Below the pieces are notes generated by a model. That model was not told the DNA's origin. It made no database searches and was given only the letters and a program-made list of their open reading frames with translations. A program made the translations under genes and the position numbers. Below, one piece after another: positions 14,381 through 17,375 of a stretch of 17,375 nucleotides of DNA (position 1 is its first letter; every line of letters starts with the position of its first letter). The stretch lies in NCBI GenBank assembly GCA_964587725.1, contig CAZPLO010000022.1, forward strand, positions 2,836 to 20,210, read 5' to 3'. The DNA is from an uncultured archaeon. Its GTDB lineage: Archaea; Altiarchaeota; Altiarchaeia; IMC4; SCGC-AAA252-I15.

Positions 14381-15880
14381 ATGGCGAAGACCATATCCGA
14401 GATAAACGAGAGAATCAGGCGGGGCGACGCAGTGGTCGTGCGCGCGGATGAGATGCCTGAGATAGTCGCCGACAGGGGCGCGAAGAAGGCGGCGAAGGAA
14501 GTGGACGTCGTGACCACGGGAACCTTCGGCGCCATGTGCAGCTCTGGCGCATTCATCAACTTCGGACACAGCAACCCTCCGATTAAGATACAGCAGCTGT
14601 GGCTGAACGATGTCCCCGCCTACGCAGGACTCGCGGCGGTCGACTGCTACATAGGCGCGACCGAACTCAGCGTCGACAGAGGATTCGACTACGGCGGCGG
14701 ACACGTCATCGAAGACCTCATAGCAGGCAATGAGATAAACGTGCGGGCGACCTCCTACGGAACCGACTGCTACCCACGCAGGAAACTCGAAACCACCGTC
14801 ACGCTCCAGGACCTGAACCAGGCGTACCTCTTCAACCCACGCAACAGCTACCAGCGATACAACGCCGCAACCAACACCTCAGACCAGAAGCTCAGAACCT
14901 ACATGGGGACGCTGCTGCCCGACACCGGCAACGTCAACTACGCAGGCACCGGAGAGATAAGCCCCCTCAACAACGACCCCGGATACATGACCATCGGGTT
15001 CGGCACCAGGATACTGCTGGGGGGGGCCGTGGGGCGCATAGTCGGAGAGGGCACCCAGCATTCGCCGCAGAAAAAATTCGGCACCCTCGCAGTGAAAGCG
15101 GACCTGAAGGACATGAGCACAGATTACATACGGGGGGCGAGCATAACAGGGTACGGCACCAGTTTGTTCGTGGGCATAGGCACACCAATCCCCATACTCA
15201 ACGAGGAACTCGCGAAGTCCACTGCAGTCACCAACTCCGACATAGAGGTGTCGGTCCTCGACTACAGCGTCCCCAGAACAGACCGGCCGACTGTGAAGAA
15301 AACCACATACGAGGAACTCCTCTCAGGCAGCGTTGAAATAGACGGGAACGAAGTCAAAGCCGCCCCGCTGTCGAGCCTCAAAATAGCGTATGACATAATG
15401 GAGGAGCTCCGCGCGTGGATTGAGGAGAAGAGATACTATTTCGCGGAGACCGTGGACAGCCTGCCGAGGGACCGGGAGTTCAAACCCATGCGTGTGAGCC
15501 GGCACGTCCCACGGGTGTCGGAGATAATGACCAGGAAAGTGCACACCGCACGGGTGAAGGACTCCGCCAAAAGAGTATCCAACCTCATGGTGGAGAAGGA
15601 AGTCGACCAGATACCCATACTCGACAAAGAGGGCTCTCTGGTCGGGATAGTGACGTCCTTCGACTTCACCAAGGGACTGGCCAGGAACAGAAGAAGGCTG
15701 TCCGACATAATGACGAAGAATGTCATCACGTCGAGGGCGGACGAAACAATAGACGAGGTGTCCAGGAAACTGGAGAAGCACGGGATAAACGCCACCCCCG
15801 TGGTCGACGAACAGAAGAGCGTCATAGGCATCGTCACGTTGTCCGACATAAGCAGGGCGTATGAGAGGTTGAGGAGATGA
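14381..15880 (+). CDS. Homocysteine biosynthesis enzyme, L-aspartate semialdehyde sulfurtransferase (DUF39 plus 2 CBS; MA1821/MJ0100 family)
   Basis: N-terminus MAKTISEINERI, conserved-Cys motifs VDVVTTGTFGAMCSSG and YGTDCYP, YGGGHVIEDL, FNPRNSYQ, GEISPLNNDP, and a C-terminal CBS pair. Confidence 0.93.
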   Translation: MAKTISEINERIRRGDAVVVRADEMPEIVADRGAKKAAKEVDVVTTGTFGAMCSSGAFINFGHSNPPIKIQQLWLNDVPAYAGLAAVDCYIGATELSVDRGFDYGGGHVIEDLIAGNEINVRATSYGTDCYPRRKLETTVTLQDLNQAYLFNPRNSYQRYNAATNTSDQKLRTYMGTLLPDTGNVNYAGTGEISPLNNDPGYMTIGFGTRILLGGAVGRIVGEGTQHSPQKKFGTLAVKADLKDMSTDYIRGASITGYGTSLFVGIGTPIPILNEELAKSTAVTNSDIEVSVLDYSVPRTDRPTVKKTTYEELLSGSVEIDGNEVKAAPLSSLKIAYDIMEELRAWIEEKRYYFAETVDSLPRDREFKPMRVSRHVPRVSEIMTRKVHTARVKDSAKRVSNLMVEKEVDQIPILDKEGSLVGIVTSFDFTKGLARNRRRLSDIMTKNVITSRADETIDEVSRKLEKHGINATPVVDEQKSVIGIVTLSDISRAYERLRR

Positions 15881-16275
15881 ACAGGTACGTGCTCAGATAC
15901 ACGGCAAAGGAAACCAAGAGTCCGATACTTGCAGAGGCAGTGAAAGACACGGGGGTGTTGGTGAACATCCTCATAGCGGACGTTGAGTCTAACCAGGGGA
16001 GGATGGTTGTGGCTGTTCTCGGCGACGGCAGACAGCAGAAGAAGCTCGTCGACTACCTCCGGGAGAAAGGGGTGGAGGTGGAGAAGCTCGAAGCCCACGT
16101 GCTGAAAGACGACGACCGGTGCGTGGACTGCTGCCTCTGCTTCGGGGTCTGCCCCACCAAGGCCATAACCGTCGGCGAAGACCGGAGCATGGTGTTGGAC
16201 AACGGCGAATGCATCCGCTGCGGAGCGTGCGTGGAAGTCTGCCCCACGAAAGCACTGAAGATGCAGGAGGCCTGA
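15877..16275 (+). CDS. NIL domain plus 2x[4Fe-4S] ferredoxin (MA1822/MJ0099-like partner of the homocysteine synthase)
   Basis: NIL motif PILAEAVKDTGVLVNILIA; ferredoxin motifs CVDCCLCFGVCP and CIRCGACVEVCP; ATGA overlap with the upstream gene. Confidence 0.92.
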   Translation: MNRYVLRYTAKETKSPILAEAVKDTGVLVNILIADVESNQGRMVVAVLGDGRQQKKLVDYLREKGVEVEKLEAHVLKDDDRCVDCCLCFGVCPTKAITVGEDRSMVLDNGECIRCGACVEVCPTKALKMQEA

Positions 16276-16964
16276 TGCCGCCGCACTCCTTCACCCTGGA
16301 GTACGGGGAAACCCGCATCCAAGTGAAGGCGGACGTCGACTGCGGGGGGGAAGCGCTGGATGAGCTGATAAAACACTACACGCTTCTGGTCGACTACATA
16401 AACAGGTATCCGGAGTTCAAGTCCTCGTACGAGCCCGTTGAAGTGTTGCATGATGCACCCGCGGTGGTGAAGACCATGGCCGCCGCTTCGAAGGAATGCG
16501 GTGTGGGGCCGATGGCCGCCGTGGCGGGCGCCCTCGCACAGTATGTGGGTGAGAGGATTCTGGATGAAGGCGCTGGAGAAGTAATAGCGGACAACGGCGG
16601 CGACATCTACGTGAAGACGTGTGAGGTGCGGACGATAGGACTATATGCAGGGGATTCACCGTTCACTGACAGGATAGCCTTCAATGTGACGGGAGACGAC
16701 ACCCCCTGCGGGATATGCACCAGCTCCGGTTCCGTCGGCCACTCCGTAAGTTTGGGGGAGGCCGACTCGGTCACCGCGGTGGCGGACTCCTGCGCGCTCG
16801 CTGACGCCGCAGCCACGGCCGTGGCAAACCTGGTCGCCGACGAACACAGCGTGGACTCCGCATTGAAAGCCTCCGAGAGGATAAAGGGGCTGCGGGGGAT
16901 CCTCATAGTCAAAGGGGGGCTCATGGGCGCCGTCGGAAAGCTTCCCGAACTGACTTCTGAATAA
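16275..16964 (+). CDS. UPF0280 / COG2122 ApbE-like protein (MA1715-type, sulfide assimilation)
   Basis: Motifs GVGPMAAVAGA, DNGGDI, GICTSSGSVGHSVSLGEAD, LADAAATAVAN. TGATG coupling places the start at 16275. Confidence 0.9.
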   Translation: MPPHSFTLEYGETRIQVKADVDCGGEALDELIKHYTLLVDYINRYPEFKSSYEPVEVLHDAPAVVKTMAAASKECGVGPMAAVAGALAQYVGERILDEGAGEVIADNGGDIYVKTCEVRTIGLYAGDSPFTDRIAFNVTGDDTPCGICTSSGSVGHSVSLGEADSVTAVADSCALADAAATAVANLVADEHSVDSALKASERIKGLRGILIVKGGLMGAVGKLPELTSE

Positions 16965-17019
16965 GACAGAATAAGAAGGATATTAATAATTAAGTTGATA
17001 ATCCAAATAATTACATAAT

Positions 17020-17375
17020 ATGACGCCCGCCCCCGCCGGAGCCGGAAAACATAAACTGAACATCACACTGGCTGTGCTGTTGCTTGCAGCCGCAGTGTTC
17101 GCCGCATGGGCGGGGTCGGCCGAGGGGGGTGCGGAGGAAGCGGACGAGGGCATCAGAAACATCTTTAAAGAGAACATCAATGAGTTTGAAGGTAGCTTCC
17201 TGCCCCTGCTGTTCGGCAGGCGCCTCGACAGAAGCGGTCCGGAAAGCATCTACAACGCAAACCACCCATTGGTACAGAGGATGGGTGGGATCATACTCGA
17301 GCTTCTTGTGCCGGTGTACATGGCTCTCATACTGCTCACAGGCATATACTATATCTGGGGTGCGTTATCCCCAAG
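17020..17375 (+). CDS. Membrane protein, 3'-truncated by the window end
   Basis: Open frame from ATG 17020 to the end: MTPAPAGAGKHKLNITLAVLLLAAAVFAAWAG...IILELLVPVYMALILLTGIYYIWGALSP. Two hydrophobic segments; AT-rich promoter-like region upstream. Confidence 0.7.
   Translation, partial: MTPAPAGAGKHKLNITLAVLLLAAAVFAAWAGSAEGGAEEADEGIRNIFKENINEFEGSFLPLLFGRRLDRSGPESIYNANHPLVQRMGGIILELLVPVYMALILLTGIYYIWGALSP

Noticed and set aside
16119-16274. Upstream extension of the UPF0280 ORF
   Set aside because: Overlaps the ferredoxin gene in another frame; the TGATG junction gives a natural start at 16275.

Overview
Gene-dense, archaeal-type chromosomal segment. The archaeal call rests on TATA-like boxes about 22-25 nt upstream of many start codons and on archaeal gene families; the lineage cannot be fixed from sequence, although the CCLD-x-N-x-D-x-ICD surface motif is reminiscent of Altiarchaeota/DPANN. 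The segment is dominated by amino-acid biosynthesis. (1) A soluble MtrA-like corrinoid protein and an MtrH-like methyltransferase sit next to a short 'core' methionine synthase (MetE C-terminal domain only, MesA-like) and a stand-alone DUF4346 protein. No membrane Mtr subunits are present, which suggests a split, multi-protein methionine synthase. (2) proA and proC. (3) An aconitase-isocitrate dehydrogenase operon. (4) The anaerobic sulfide-dependent homocysteine synthesis trio (DUF39-CBS, NIL-ferredoxin, UPF0280/COG2122), transcribed divergently from an HTH-CBS regulator across an intergenic region with repeated TATKC-N6-GMATA palindromes. Also present are a modular hairpin repeat at the window start, a possible Whirly-like ssDNA-binding protein, two microproteins below the ORF-track cut-off, surface/membrane proteins and orphans. 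All family calls come from motif recognition by eye, not from database searches.
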